A stretch of 64,000 bases of DNA, taken from an uncultured Planctomycetaceae bacterium. GTDB taxonomy: Bacteria > Planctomycetota > Planctomycetia > Isosphaerales > Isosphaeraceae. The position numbers were made by a program, and so were the translations under genes. Shown here piece after piece: positions 48,974 through 60,343 of the stretch. The notes under the pieces were generated by a model, which was not told the origin of the DNA, ran no database searches, and saw only the letters and a list, made by a program, of their open reading frames with translations. The DNA lies in assembly GCA_963833985.1 (NCBI GenBank), contig CAWIAD010000002.1, positions 928,001 through 992,000 on the forward strand, written 5' to 3'. The first letter of the stretch is position 1. The number at the start of each line of letters is the position of its first letter.

Positions 48974-49404
48974 CAAACAGGTCTCCGGCTGCCGACTGAA
49001 TCGCACGATCCCGTGATCACGCTGCTCCTTGATGCCGCAATGGCCGTGCCCGGTGCTCTTCGAAAGTCCCGGTTCAGGTGGAACCGCGGCACGCTCGAGG
49101 CGGCGACGGAATCACGGAAGCAATACTCGAGTAGGGAAGCGGCCGTGGCACGCAGAGACCTGAAACAACCGTGATCCGCGGTCATCTCGCCGATCGGTCG
49201 CTTGCTCACGTCCTCATGACGACGCTCTTCCTGGATCGTCCTGAAGTCTCTCACGGTCGCCGAAGCATGAGTCTGCTGGTTCAACGCATCTGCTGACAAC
49301 ACATGCCGGGCCGAGCCGAGAACCTGCCCCCAGAGAGACCTGTACTCGATCTGGCTGTCGCGTAACGCTACCACAGAATACGCTAGAAACCCCCCTCCCT
49401 GTTC

Positions 49405-49433
49405 AGTTTAGAGTGAAAACCCCAGTCCTACAA
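49405..49433 (-). promoter_or_regulatory. sigma70 promoter TTGTAG-N17-TAAACT with AT-rich upstream region
   Basis: Read directly; AT-rich island at ~49430-49510. Confidence 0.5.
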
Positions 49434-49547
49434 TATAAAATTGACAAAATACTCCAGAAATTCATCATTGTCGCCAGTAATACGTAGCCGCATGTTAGAA
49501 AAGTAAAGGTCCTTCACCAGACTCCTGATCCGGCCGCGGGTATCAAA

Positions 49548-49582
49548 CGGCAAAGGCCGCCATGGGCTGGCGGCCTTTGCCG
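49548..49582 (-). terminator. Intrinsic terminator after the 49624..52800 gene
   Basis: 15-bp inverted repeat CGGCAAAGGCCGCCA-N5-TGGCGGCCTTTGCCG, followed by TTTGATA on the minus strand. Confidence 0.75.
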
Positions 49583-49623
49583 GGGACCTTTGTTTCCCGC
49601 CACTCGAGCGGGATGACGTGAGC

Positions 49624-52600
49624 TCAGTAGTTCCTTCCCCGCAGGGGAGGGCCTGTGCCGGTCAGAGGCTGGTAATACAGGTCCGTCGGGATCCGGTCGC
49701 CGGGCCGCCAGTAACCCAGGTCGTACTGGGCCTCCCAGGGCGGATCGACGACCAGGGCGTACGGCCAGGTGATGATCTGCCAGGCGAAGAGGCCGGCCGA
49801 GAACCAGGGTTGCGCCATCTGGAGGCGCTGCGTGGTCTGTGTGTGATCGTCCACCGGGTAGGCCATGTACCGGCCGAGCGGGCCGAAATACTGCTCGACG
49901 CTGTGTCCGTAGCGTTCGAGCATGGGGTCCTGGAAGTAGAGCGGCATGTGACAGGTTGCCGCGGCCGCCCAGTACTTGCGCTGCGGGCTCCAGGAACGGG
50001 GCCCCAGCGGCACCCAGTCTTCCGGAACGGGAATCGCGCGGATGGGCCGCGCCTCGGCCGGGCTGGGGGCACGGCTGATGTCCACCTGCGTCTGGGTTTG
50101 CGTTCGCAGATCCGTCACGCTCTCGGCGGGTACGCCGCCAGGCGGCTGGTTATCCGGCAGCGGACGGGCCTGAGGGCGCACCGTTTCGGCATCCTGCATG
50201 CGAGCCAGCTCCTCCACTTGCCGCTGAAGCTCGGGGCGGAGCGTCGAGCTCGGGTTCTCTCGCCTCGGAAGCAGCGTGCTGGTATCGGCTGGTATCCCTC
50301 GTCTGGTCCGTGGCTCGGCCATCTCAGGAGCGCTCATGGCGGGCTGATCGGGCAGGACCGTCCCGGAGGAGGGCTGCGCGACCGTCTTGTCGGCTTCAAG
50401 TGCTGGCTTCGGACTGGCATCAATTCCCACCGGAGCACTGGCCGGCGACCCCGCGGGAGTGGCTGGCAGCTCCGATGCGGCCGGAGGCAACGGCTCCGCC
50501 TGGATCTTCGGGTCCGAGGCGCCGACCGCACCTGGCGGCAGGGCTGGCAATTCATCCGTCCGGATGGCGACCGGTGGTGCGGCCGCATCCGCTCCGGGCG
50601 GCGTCTGAGGGTTGTTCGTCGAGTCCGTTGGTGCGGGAGCCGCAGGCTGAGGAACGTCCGGTTGGTCCTTCACGGGTTCCGCTTGCCGGTCCGCCGGGAG
50701 TGCCGGCGTCTGAGGCAGGGGAGGCAGCATGTCGGCGTCTGCTGGGGAGCTCGCGGACGGGTTGGCCGCGCTCTCCGAGCCGGGGCCCGAGGCTGGGGCC
50801 TGTGCCGGCTGTGAGGGCAATGGCGGCCGCTCCTGGTCGCCTCGTCCGGGCTCAGGACTGGATACGTCTCCTTGCCGGCTCAGCGGGGGCAGGGGAACCA
50901 GCTCGGACTCGCCGGAGGGCTGGACCGGATCGCTCGCCGGCTTTTGATCGGGACCGGCAGGCGGTTCCAGGTTGATGGCGGCCGGTGCGGTTGCAGCCGG
51001 AGCCGGTGCCGCTGTTGCAGTCACCGCCGCGGACGTCTCCACGGGTGCCGCGCCCGGCGTGGCTGGCGGCTCGGCGGCGGGCTGCACTGCCGGTGACCCG
51101 GCGGCGGGCTGCGCCGGTGGCGGCTCGGCGGCGGGCTGCACTGCCGGCGGGCTCGAGGCCGTGATGGCCTGCGCGTCGAGCGTGGAGGGAGCGGTTGCGG
51201 ACGAGACGTCAGCCACCGGTGCTGCCTGGGCTGGCGGAGCCAGGGCGCGGGGCTGGAACTCGATGTTCGGCGCGAACGATGGAGCAGCCCCGGCACTTTC
51301 GTCGGTTGCGGACGCGGGCGCCGGGCTCGCGGGGGCCGAAGGCGTTGCCGGCTGGGGGTCGAGCATCACGGGGCGTCCCAGCGAGGTGGGACCGGCGGGG
51401 ATCGGCCCGGGGGCGGGTGTGGCTCCCGCTCCTGCTGCCGTGGCGGCATCCGGCTGTGGCGCCACGGGTTGGCCCTGAACCGCCTGAACCGGCTGGCTCG
51501 CCGGCGTTTCCGGCATGGGCAACGGCGCCGGGCGGGTCTCGGCTGGTGGAGTGGCGGCGCGGGGTTGGAACTCGACGTTCGGTGCGAACACGGGTGCGGT
51601 TCCCGCATCCTCGGCCGGGGCCGGAGCCGGATTGGTGGCACTGCTCGGCCCCGCCGGGGGAGCGATCGGCTGGGGTCCGGCGGACTCGGGCGCCGTGGCA
51701 TTGGACGCGGCTGCGGCCGGAGGCTCAGCAACCCCGCCGTGTGCAGGTGGCTGGGTTTCTGCCAGCGGAGTGATCGGCGGCAGCGGAGCCAGGCCGCTGA
51801 CCTGGATATCGGCCGGGGCGTCGGGACTGGCGGCTCCGCCGGCCGGTGCCGGGGAAACCGGAGTCTGGGCCATCGACGCTGGCTCAGATGCCGTGGTCGG
51901 GCTGGCGTTTGCACTCCCGGCGAGCTTGCCAGCGGTCGCATCGGCCGAACCCGCTGCGGCTTCCGGCTTGCTCACAATTGGCAGTTCGGCAGGCTGCCCG
52001 GTACCGATCGGCAGAGGTTGGGGCATCAGGCTTGTTTCCGGCGGTGCCGGAGCGGCTGATGCCGCCGTCGCGGCCGCAGTGGTGGTGATCTCGGCTCCGG
52101 CGAGCTGGATGGGCTGGCCCTGGTCATCGCCTTCTCGGCTGGCCGTACGGATGACGGTCTGCGGAGTCTCGGAGGGCAACCGCACAGGCCGGGCGGCTGC
52201 GATCCGCGTCTCCGGCCGGGCCGGAGCGAAGACCCCTGCGCCCTGGGTCCGCTGACTGAGGGCGTAGGGCGTCTGGCTGCCCACCGCCTCGCGCAGGCCC
52301 CGCTGGGCCCGCTCGATGGCCTGCTTGAGAGCAAGCTTCTCGGGTTCGCTCAGCTCCTTCTGGCGAGACTCGGCCTCGCGCAGGTACTTCAGGGCGCGCT
52401 CGTACTCCTGGTATTTGATGTAGTCGATGCCGTTGCGCAGCAGGTAACGCGCACCCCGGGTGGCCGCCATGCCGGCAAGGGAACTCAGGCTCTCCGCGGT
52501 TGCGGAGTCAGCACCGGCGGTGGTCCCACCCGGCGTGACGGTCGAGTCGGCCGCCGGGGGTGTGGAGTCGCCGCGCCGGGCGCCGGATGACGGCAAGATC

Positions 52601-52800
52601 TGCTGGGCCGACACCGTCGAGGCCACGAGCGCCGCCCCGACGATCGTCTTGGTCAGTGCCGATGAAGTGCGACGCAAGCCACGCCTCCTTGCTTTGCTGG
52701 AACTTGCTCGGCCAGAGAGATCGTACTGGCCGGGGCCCGGACCGAAGAGCGACCGGTCCGTGCCAGGGTTTCCGCACCAAGCCGCCGGGACAGGCTGCAA
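49624..52800 (-). CDS. Planctomycete-type secreted protein: TPR-like N-terminus, long Pro/Ala linker, C-terminal CHMPLYFQD..LERYGH domain (start uncertain)
   Basis: Signal-like TIVGAALVASTVSAQQ; GIDYIKYQEYERALKYL; low-complexity repeats; aromatic-rich C-terminus. Confidence 0.8.
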   Translation of the reverse strand: MQPVPAAWCGNPGTDRSLFGPGPGQYDLSGRASSSKARRRGLRRTSSALTKTIVGAALVASTVSAQQILPSSGARRGDSTPPAADSTVTPGGTTAGADSATAESLSSLAGMAATRGARYLLRNGIDYIKYQEYERALKYLREAESRQKELSEPEKLALKQAIERAQRGLREAVGSQTPYALSQRTQGAGVFAPARPETRIAAARPVRLPSETPQTVIRTASREGDDQGQPIQLAGAEITTTAAATAASAAPAPPETSLMPQPLPIGTGQPAELPIVSKPEAAAGSADATAGKLAGSANASPTTASEPASMAQTPVSPAPAGGAASPDAPADIQVSGLAPLPPITPLAETQPPAHGGVAEPPAAAASNATAPESAGPQPIAPPAGPSSATNPAPAPAEDAGTAPVFAPNVEFQPRAATPPAETRPAPLPMPETPASQPVQAVQGQPVAPQPDAATAAGAGATPAPGPIPAGPTSLGRPVMLDPQPATPSAPASPAPASATDESAGAAPSFAPNIEFQPRALAPPAQAAPVADVSSATAPSTLDAQAITASSPPAVQPAAEPPPAQPAAGSPAVQPAAEPPATPGAAPVETSAAVTATAAPAPAATAPAAINLEPPAGPDQKPASDPVQPSGESELVPLPPLSRQGDVSSPEPGRGDQERPPLPSQPAQAPASGPGSESAANPSASSPADADMLPPLPQTPALPADRQAEPVKDQPDVPQPAAPAPTDSTNNPQTPPGADAAAPPVAIRTDELPALPPGAVGASDPKIQAEPLPPAASELPATPAGSPASAPVGIDASPKPALEADKTVAQPSSGTVLPDQPAMSAPEMAEPRTRRGIPADTSTLLPRRENPSSTLRPELQRQVEELARMQDAETVRPQARPLPDNQPPGGVPAESVTDLRTQTQTQVDISRAPSPAEARPIRAIPVPEDWVPLGPRSWSPQRKYWAAAATCHMPLYFQDPMLERYGHSVEQYFGPLGRYMAYPVDDHTQTTQRLQMAQPWFSAGLFAWQIITWPYALVVDPPWEAQYDLGYWRPGDRIPTDLYYQPLTGTGPPLRGRNY
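51064..51147. repeat. Two identical 30-bp direct repeats, 54-bp period (PAVQPAAEPP x2)
   Basis: TGGCGGCTCGGCGGCGGGCTGCACTGCCGG at 51064 and 51118. Confidence 0.85.
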
Positions 52801-53007
52801 GCAGCCGGATGGGTGCGATGGAAAGTGGTGATGGGGCGATTCGCATCGCCGGACGACGGGCCTCTGGCGGGAGACAACCCGCGCACCGGCCCGAGAATCA
52901 ACGTGACATCGAGGACCTGCTTCTTCCCGGCCGCAAGGCCGGCATGGCTCGCCTTGATCTGATCGGGGATCATCCCTTCCGGCCTGTGGCCGTAGACGGC
53001 CGCCCGC

Positions 53008-54594
<1,587 letters not shown>

Positions 54595-54671
54595 TCAGTC
54601 AGGACAGGAAAAACCAGGCCAGGCCCGAGATGCCAGTCGCGGTCGGTAAGTTCAGTAGCCTTTCCTTAATG

Positions 54672-54700
54672 ATTAAACCCCGCAAGGCCGGCACTGACAA
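54672..54700 (-). promoter_or_regulatory. sigma70 promoter TTGTCA-N17-TTTAAT for guaB
   Basis: Read directly; implies a ~150-nt 5' UTR. Confidence 0.65.
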
Positions 54701-55147
54701 GGGCAAGTGCTCGGGGAGTCTGGTCTCGGGTCCGCCACACCGATCCGCCGCGAGCGAACTTCCTTCCCCTGCGCCAGTACGAGCGAGCCGTGCCGCTCGC
54801 GACTCATCAGCTTGCTACCGGGTGACGCCACCACGCTCGCGCCGAGGAAGTGGCCTCGAGCGCTGGACCCGGGATCACCCCGGCGGCGGTACGCGGGATG
54901 GTCTGCCCGGCACTCGCGGCAGAGATCGTGGACCCCGACCCAGGAACCAAGCGCCATGAATTCCAAGCCGCGGCTTTCCTACGGTCCTACGGGCCGTCGT
55001 CACTGCGCTTGACTCACCCCTACGGCTGGCGCAAAAGCGTGGTGACGAGGTCGAAGCAATCCGCCTGTGGACCCAGGTCCTCGCAGAATGCGCTGGCGAT
55101 GGGGACGCCACACCGCGCTGGCAATGGGACGGAGCTGAGTGCTTGCC

Positions 55148-55183
55148 GCAGGCAGGCAGGCAGGCAGGTAGGCAGACAGGCAC
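55148..55183. repeat. Tetranucleotide SSR: (GCAG)5 plus four degenerate units
   Basis: GCAG x5, GTAG, GCAG, ACAG, GCAC. Confidence 0.85.
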
Positions 55184-55285
55184 CGTTCCTTGCAGTACAA
55201 TTCTCCCGGCCTCAAGGAGAGTTTACCCAGGAGGTTCCGCTGCCCACATTGGCATGCGCGAACCACGATCGCCAGCTCGGGAGGC

Positions 55286-56500
55286 ATGAGCATGCTGGGA
55301 CGCGTTCTGGTCCTTTCCGCCAGCGCCGGGGCGGGACACCTGCGGGCGGCCGACGCGGTGGAGAAGGCCCTGCGCCTCCGCGGGCTCGCATCCGAGGTCG
55401 AGCATCTGGATGTCCTGAAGTACACGAACCACGTCTTTCGGCACCTCTACTCGCGGGCCTACCTCGACCTGGTGAACCGTGCGCCCGAGATCCTGGGATG
55501 GCTGTACGACCATCTCGACGTCCCCGGCCGGAACGATCAGGTCCGGCTGGCCTTCGACCGGCTCAATACCGTTCCGTTTGTCAAGTTCCTCGACCGGTTT
55601 CAGCCGGATGTGACAGTCTGCACCCATTTTCTGCCCTCGGAGATCATCTCCTGGATCAAGTCGGAACATGGTATGAAGATATTGAATTCCGTGGTGGTGA
55701 CGGATCTCGACGTGCACGCGATGTGGCTCTGCCGCCAGTGCGAACAGTACTTCGTGGCCCTCGAGGAGACGCGGGTCCACCTGCTGGCGCTGGGAGTGCC
55801 GGAGAGCCGCGTCACGGTCACGGGCATTCCCATTGACCCGGTGTTCGCGGAAACGAAAGAGGCCGGCGCCATGCGGCGGAAGCATGGGCTCAGGGAAGAC
55901 CTGTTCACGATCCTGGTCGCGGCGGGCGGGTTCGGCGTGGGGCCCGTCGAGCACATCATCGAGGCGCTCTCGGGGCTGTCCAGGCCCGCGCAGGTGGTGG
56001 TGATCTGCGGCCGCAATGATGAGCTGCGCCACGGCTGGACAGCGTGGTCCCCCGGTTCACTCGTACGTCGTGCGTTGCGTTCCACCTCGTCGGCTTCACC
56101 ACCGAGATGGACGAGCTGATGGCCGCCGCTGACCTGTTCGTGGGCAAGCCCGGCGGCTTGACCACCTCCGAGGCGCTCTCCAAGGGATTGCCGATGGTCG
56201 TCATCAACCCCATTCCCGGCCAGGAGGAACGCAACTCCGACCACCTGCTCGAGGAGGGCATCGCGATCCGCTGCAACAACCTTCCCGCCCTGGCGTACAA
56301 GATCGATCGGCTGATCGAGGAGCCGGGCAAGCTCCACCTGATGCGCGGCAATGCGCTGGCTCTGGCCAGGCCCCAGGCGGCCTTCACGATCATCGACCGG
56401 CTCGACGCACTGCGCGCAGCCTCGAAGGGCGCTCCGACACAGCGGCCCGCGCAAACCGAAGTCCGGCCGCCGGCTGGTGTACTGAGCTTGGGGGTGCGCC
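55286..56500 (+). CDS. MGDG-synthase/UgtP-like GT28 glycosyltransferase (frameshift at ~56030; 3' end uncertain)
   Basis: SASAGAGH, CTHFLP, VVTDLDVH.MW, TGIPI, VICGRN; then GKPGGLTTSEAL and PIPGQEERN in ORF 56044..56748. Confidence 0.88.
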
Positions 56501-58427
56501 TCGATCACCGCGTCCCCGTTGTGCGGTCCTCTGCACCTTCCCCGCGCCCGCAGCAGCACGGCCGCCGGTCCGGCGAACTCGATCACCGGTGCAGCTTTAC
56601 CCAGGTGCACGCGTGGCGGAGAGCCCGCGGGCGCGAAGGGCGGATCTTCGGTTGTCAGCACAAGGTCCCAGCGCAGGCCGCTCGTCCCCGGAAGATCGCC
56701 CAGCGCGGCCGTGCCGGAGCCTTTGAGCCGGGCGATGAGCCAGAGTGAAGGACCGGCACCGGCACCGGCACCTGCTCCGACGTCGCGTCGCAGGGCGAGC
56801 GAGTTATCATCCAGGAGCACGGCCTGGAAGCTTCCGGGCAGCGACGAACGCAGCGCAGGCTCGCTGCGCCGCAGCCGCAGCAGCGTCTCGTAGAGCCGCA
56901 GTAGCGAAACGCAGGGCTCCTGACCACGCTCCGACCAGTCGAGCTTGCACGACAAGAAAGCCTGCTCGGACTGGCAGTGCGGAATCCGCGCGCGCCGGTC
57001 CGGATCGACGAAGTCCGCGTAATCCCGGAACTCGCGCATGCGGCCCTCGTGCACCAGCCGGCCGAGCTCCGCGGAGTGGTCCGTGAAGAAGACGAAAGGG
57101 GCACTCGCCGCCCATTCCTGGCCCATGAACAGGAGCGGCGTGGCGGGCGTGGCCAGCAACAGGGCCGAGGCCGCCCGGTAAGTCGCCAGGTCTACCTGGT
57201 GGTTGAGCCGCTCGCCCAGGGCCCGGTTGCCGATGCGGTCATGGTTCTGGATATAGAACACGAACTGCCGGGCGCGAGGCCCGACGGGTCGCTACCGCGC
57301 AGGCAGCCGCGGTGAATCGAGTACGCGCCGCAGAAGAGCCAGCCGCGGTTGATCGTCTGGACAAGGTCGGCCAGGATGCCGCGGAAGTCACGGAACGCTC
57401 CCTCGGAGTCGCCGGCGAGGTAACGGCGGAGCTCGTGGTGAAAGTCGTCGGACCAGATGCCGTCGAGCCCCCAGCCTCCCTCGGCGGCCGGCCGGACCAT
57501 CGTCGCCAGGTTCCGCATATCCTCGGCGATGAGGTGGATGGTCCGATCGCGGACCGCGTCACGAACGACCGCGGTGAGCTCGGCCAGGAAGTGCACCGGG
57601 CTGTCGTCGAATAAGCGGTGCGTCGCGTCCAGCCGCAGTCCGTCGAGGTGATACTCCCGCAACCAGTGGATGGCGTTCTCGATGAAGAACGCGCGGACGA
57701 ACTCGCTGCGCGGGCCATCCAGGTTGACGGCCGGGCCCCACGGCGTCCGGTGCACGCTCGAGAAGTAGTCGGCGGAGAACTGCGCCAGGTAGTTGCCGTC
57801 CGGGCCCAGGTGGTTGTAAACGACGTCGAGCAGCACGGCCATGCCCAGCCGATGCGCCGCGTCGACCAGCCGGCGGAGGTCCTCGGGCGTGCCGTAGCAG
57901 CGCGCGGGGGCGAACAGGTCCACACCGTCGTAACCCCAGTTGCGCTCACCGGGGAAATCGGCCACGGGCATGAGCTCGATGGCGGTCACACCCAGATCGG
58001 CAAGCTCAGTGAGCCGGCGCGTCACGCCTTCAAAGGTTCCCTCCGGCGAGAACGTGCCGACGTGCAATTCATAGGTCACCAGGTCCGCCGCGGCCACTCC
58101 GGGCCACTGGTGGTCGCTCCACGCGAAGCCCGCGGGGTCGACGACCTCCGAGGGCCCGTGCACGCCGTCGGGCTGGAATCGCGAGGCGGGGTCGGAGTAG
58201 GGACCCTGGCCATCGAGCCGGTAGCGATAGCGCGCGCCGGCACCGGCGCTCAGTCCGGGGACGAACGCCGTGAACGTGCCGTCGGCGTTCTTCTCCATGG
58301 ACACGACCCACGGCTCTTGCCCGCGCGGCTCGAGCAGCAGGTCGACCGCCCGCGTGTCGGGGGCCCAGACGCGAAAATGGACGCCGCCGGCGCCAGGCCG
58401 GGCGCCCAGGGTCAATTCCCGGATCAT
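56500..58427 (-). CDS. treZ: Malto-oligosyltrehalose trehalohydrolase (frameshift at ~57270; 3' end uncertain)
   Basis: FRVWAP, YELHVGTF, RNWGYDGV, DVVYNHLGPDGNY, GLRLDATH, WSDDFHH, IQNHD.IGNR, LLFMGQEW. Confidence 0.9.
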
Positions 58428-60324
58428 TGAGGTAATTGCTTGAGGATCAGGACGGCCAGGGGTGGGATGATGAGGTTGAGCGACTGCGGCTGCCGGTTCC
58501 AGCCGATCGGCGCGGGTGTGAGGCCGCCCATGTTGCCGTGGCCCGAGCCGCCGTAGATGGTGGCGTCGCTGTTGAGGATCTCCTGCCAGCGGCCGCCCCG
58601 GGGTACACCCACCCGGAAATTGCGATACACCTCCGCGCTGAAGTTGCAGACCGCGAGCGTGCGGTCCTCCTCACGGGAACCCTTGCGCAGGAAGGTCAGC
58701 ACGCGCTCACGCGGGCTGTCAGCCTCGATCCAGGCAAAGCCGTCGGAGCGGCAATCCTGCTCGTGCAGCGCCGGCTCGGCCCGGTACTGGGTGTTCAGAT
58801 CTCGCACCCAGCGCTGGATCCCGCGGTGCCCTGGGTCGTGCAGCAGGTGCCAGTCCAGGCTGCCGTGGATCGACCACTCCTGCCACTGGCCGAACTCGTC
58901 GCCCATGAACAGGAGCTTCTTGCCGGGCAAGGCGAACATGTAGCCGTAGAGTAGCCTCAGGTTGGCCCGCTTTTCCCAATCTTCTCCGGGCATTCGTGCC
59001 AGGAGCGACTGGTTCCCGGGGCTGGCGTCGTCGTGCGAGAGCGGCAGGAGGTAGTTCTCGTTGAACGCGTAGTGCATGCGGAAAAGCAGCCGGGAATGGG
59101 CCTCCGACCGCTTCCCGGGCGGCAGCGTCATGTACTGACCGAGCGTGTCGTGCACCCAGCCCATGTCCCATTTGTAGTCGAAGCCAAGGCCGCCGGAGTG
59201 CACCGGGCGGGTGATGTCGGGGCGGGCGGAAGCGTCCTCGGCGAAGGTGAGCGTGCCTGGAAAACGCTCGTGCACCGTGCGGTTGACGTTCCTGAGGAAC
59301 TCGATGGCCGCGATGTTCTCGTTGCCGCCGAACCGGTTTGGCTCCCACTCGCCCGGCTGACGGCGGAAGTCCAGCCGGATCATCGACTCCACGCCGTCCA
59401 CCCGCAGGCCGTCGAAGTGGTACCTGTCCAGCCAGAAGAGCGCGTTGGAGGTCAAGAAGTTGACCACCATCGGGTTCTCGTAGTTGAATGCGTATGTGTT
59501 CCAGACGGGCAGCTTCCGGCGCCGGTGGTCGGCGGGCTCGTAGAGCGGCATGCCGTCGAACTCGGCCAGGCCATGCGGGTCGGTGGCGAAGTGGCCGGGA
59601 ACCCAGTCGAGGATGACCCCGATGTCCCGCTGGTGCAGCGTATCCACGAGGAACATCAGGTCCTGGGGGTTGCCGTGGCGGCCCGTTGGGGCGAAGAAGC
59701 CAGTCACCTGGTAGCCCCAGGATTCCACCGCGGGGTGCTCGGCCACGGGCAAGAGTTCGACGTGAGTGAAGCCCATTTCCAGGCAGTAGTCGGCCAGCCT
59801 GGGAGCGATCTCGCGGTAAGTGAGCGGCCGGTTTCCCTCCTCTGGCACGCGCATCCAGCTTCCCAGGTGCAGTTCGTAGATCGTGATCGGGGCGGTGATC
59901 GACTGGCGGGCGGGTCGATGCCTCAGCCACTCCTGGTCGCCCCACGCGTCGTACGAGGCGTCCCAGACCATGCTCGCGTTCCGGGGCGGGACCTCCGCGG
60001 CGAAGGCATAGGGGTCGGCCCGGTCGAACCGCGATGAGCTGTCAGGAGCAAGGATTGAGTACTTGTAAATCGCTCCCTGGCCCACCCCCGGAACGTAGCC
60101 CGTCCAGACGCCGCTGGCGCCGCGGGCCGCGAGCGGATGCACCGAGGGGTTCCAGCCGTTGAAATCGCCAATCACCGAGACCGCGCGCGCCGAGGCGCCC
60201 AGACGGCGAAGTGGGTTCCCGATGCGCCGCTCTCGCGCAGCACGTGCGCCCCCAGCTTCTCGTAGCTGTGATCGTGCGTCCCCTCGCAGATCAGCCGCAG
60301 ATCGGTGTCGCTCAGGATGGTCAT
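58424..60324 (-). CDS. glgB: 1,4-alpha-glucan branching enzyme, short form (frameshift at ~60190)
   Basis: YEKLGAH, FAVWAP, IYELHLGSW, SWGYQ, DWVPGHF, DGLRVDG, FAEDAS, KWDMGW, PGKKLLFMG. Confidence 0.9.
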
Positions 60325-60343
60325 GGGTTCCCCACGCTTGGCC

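Noticed and set aside
51064..51605. Direct repeats as a CRISPR array
   Set aside because: Only two copies of each, in frame inside a CDS, with no spacer series or cas genes.
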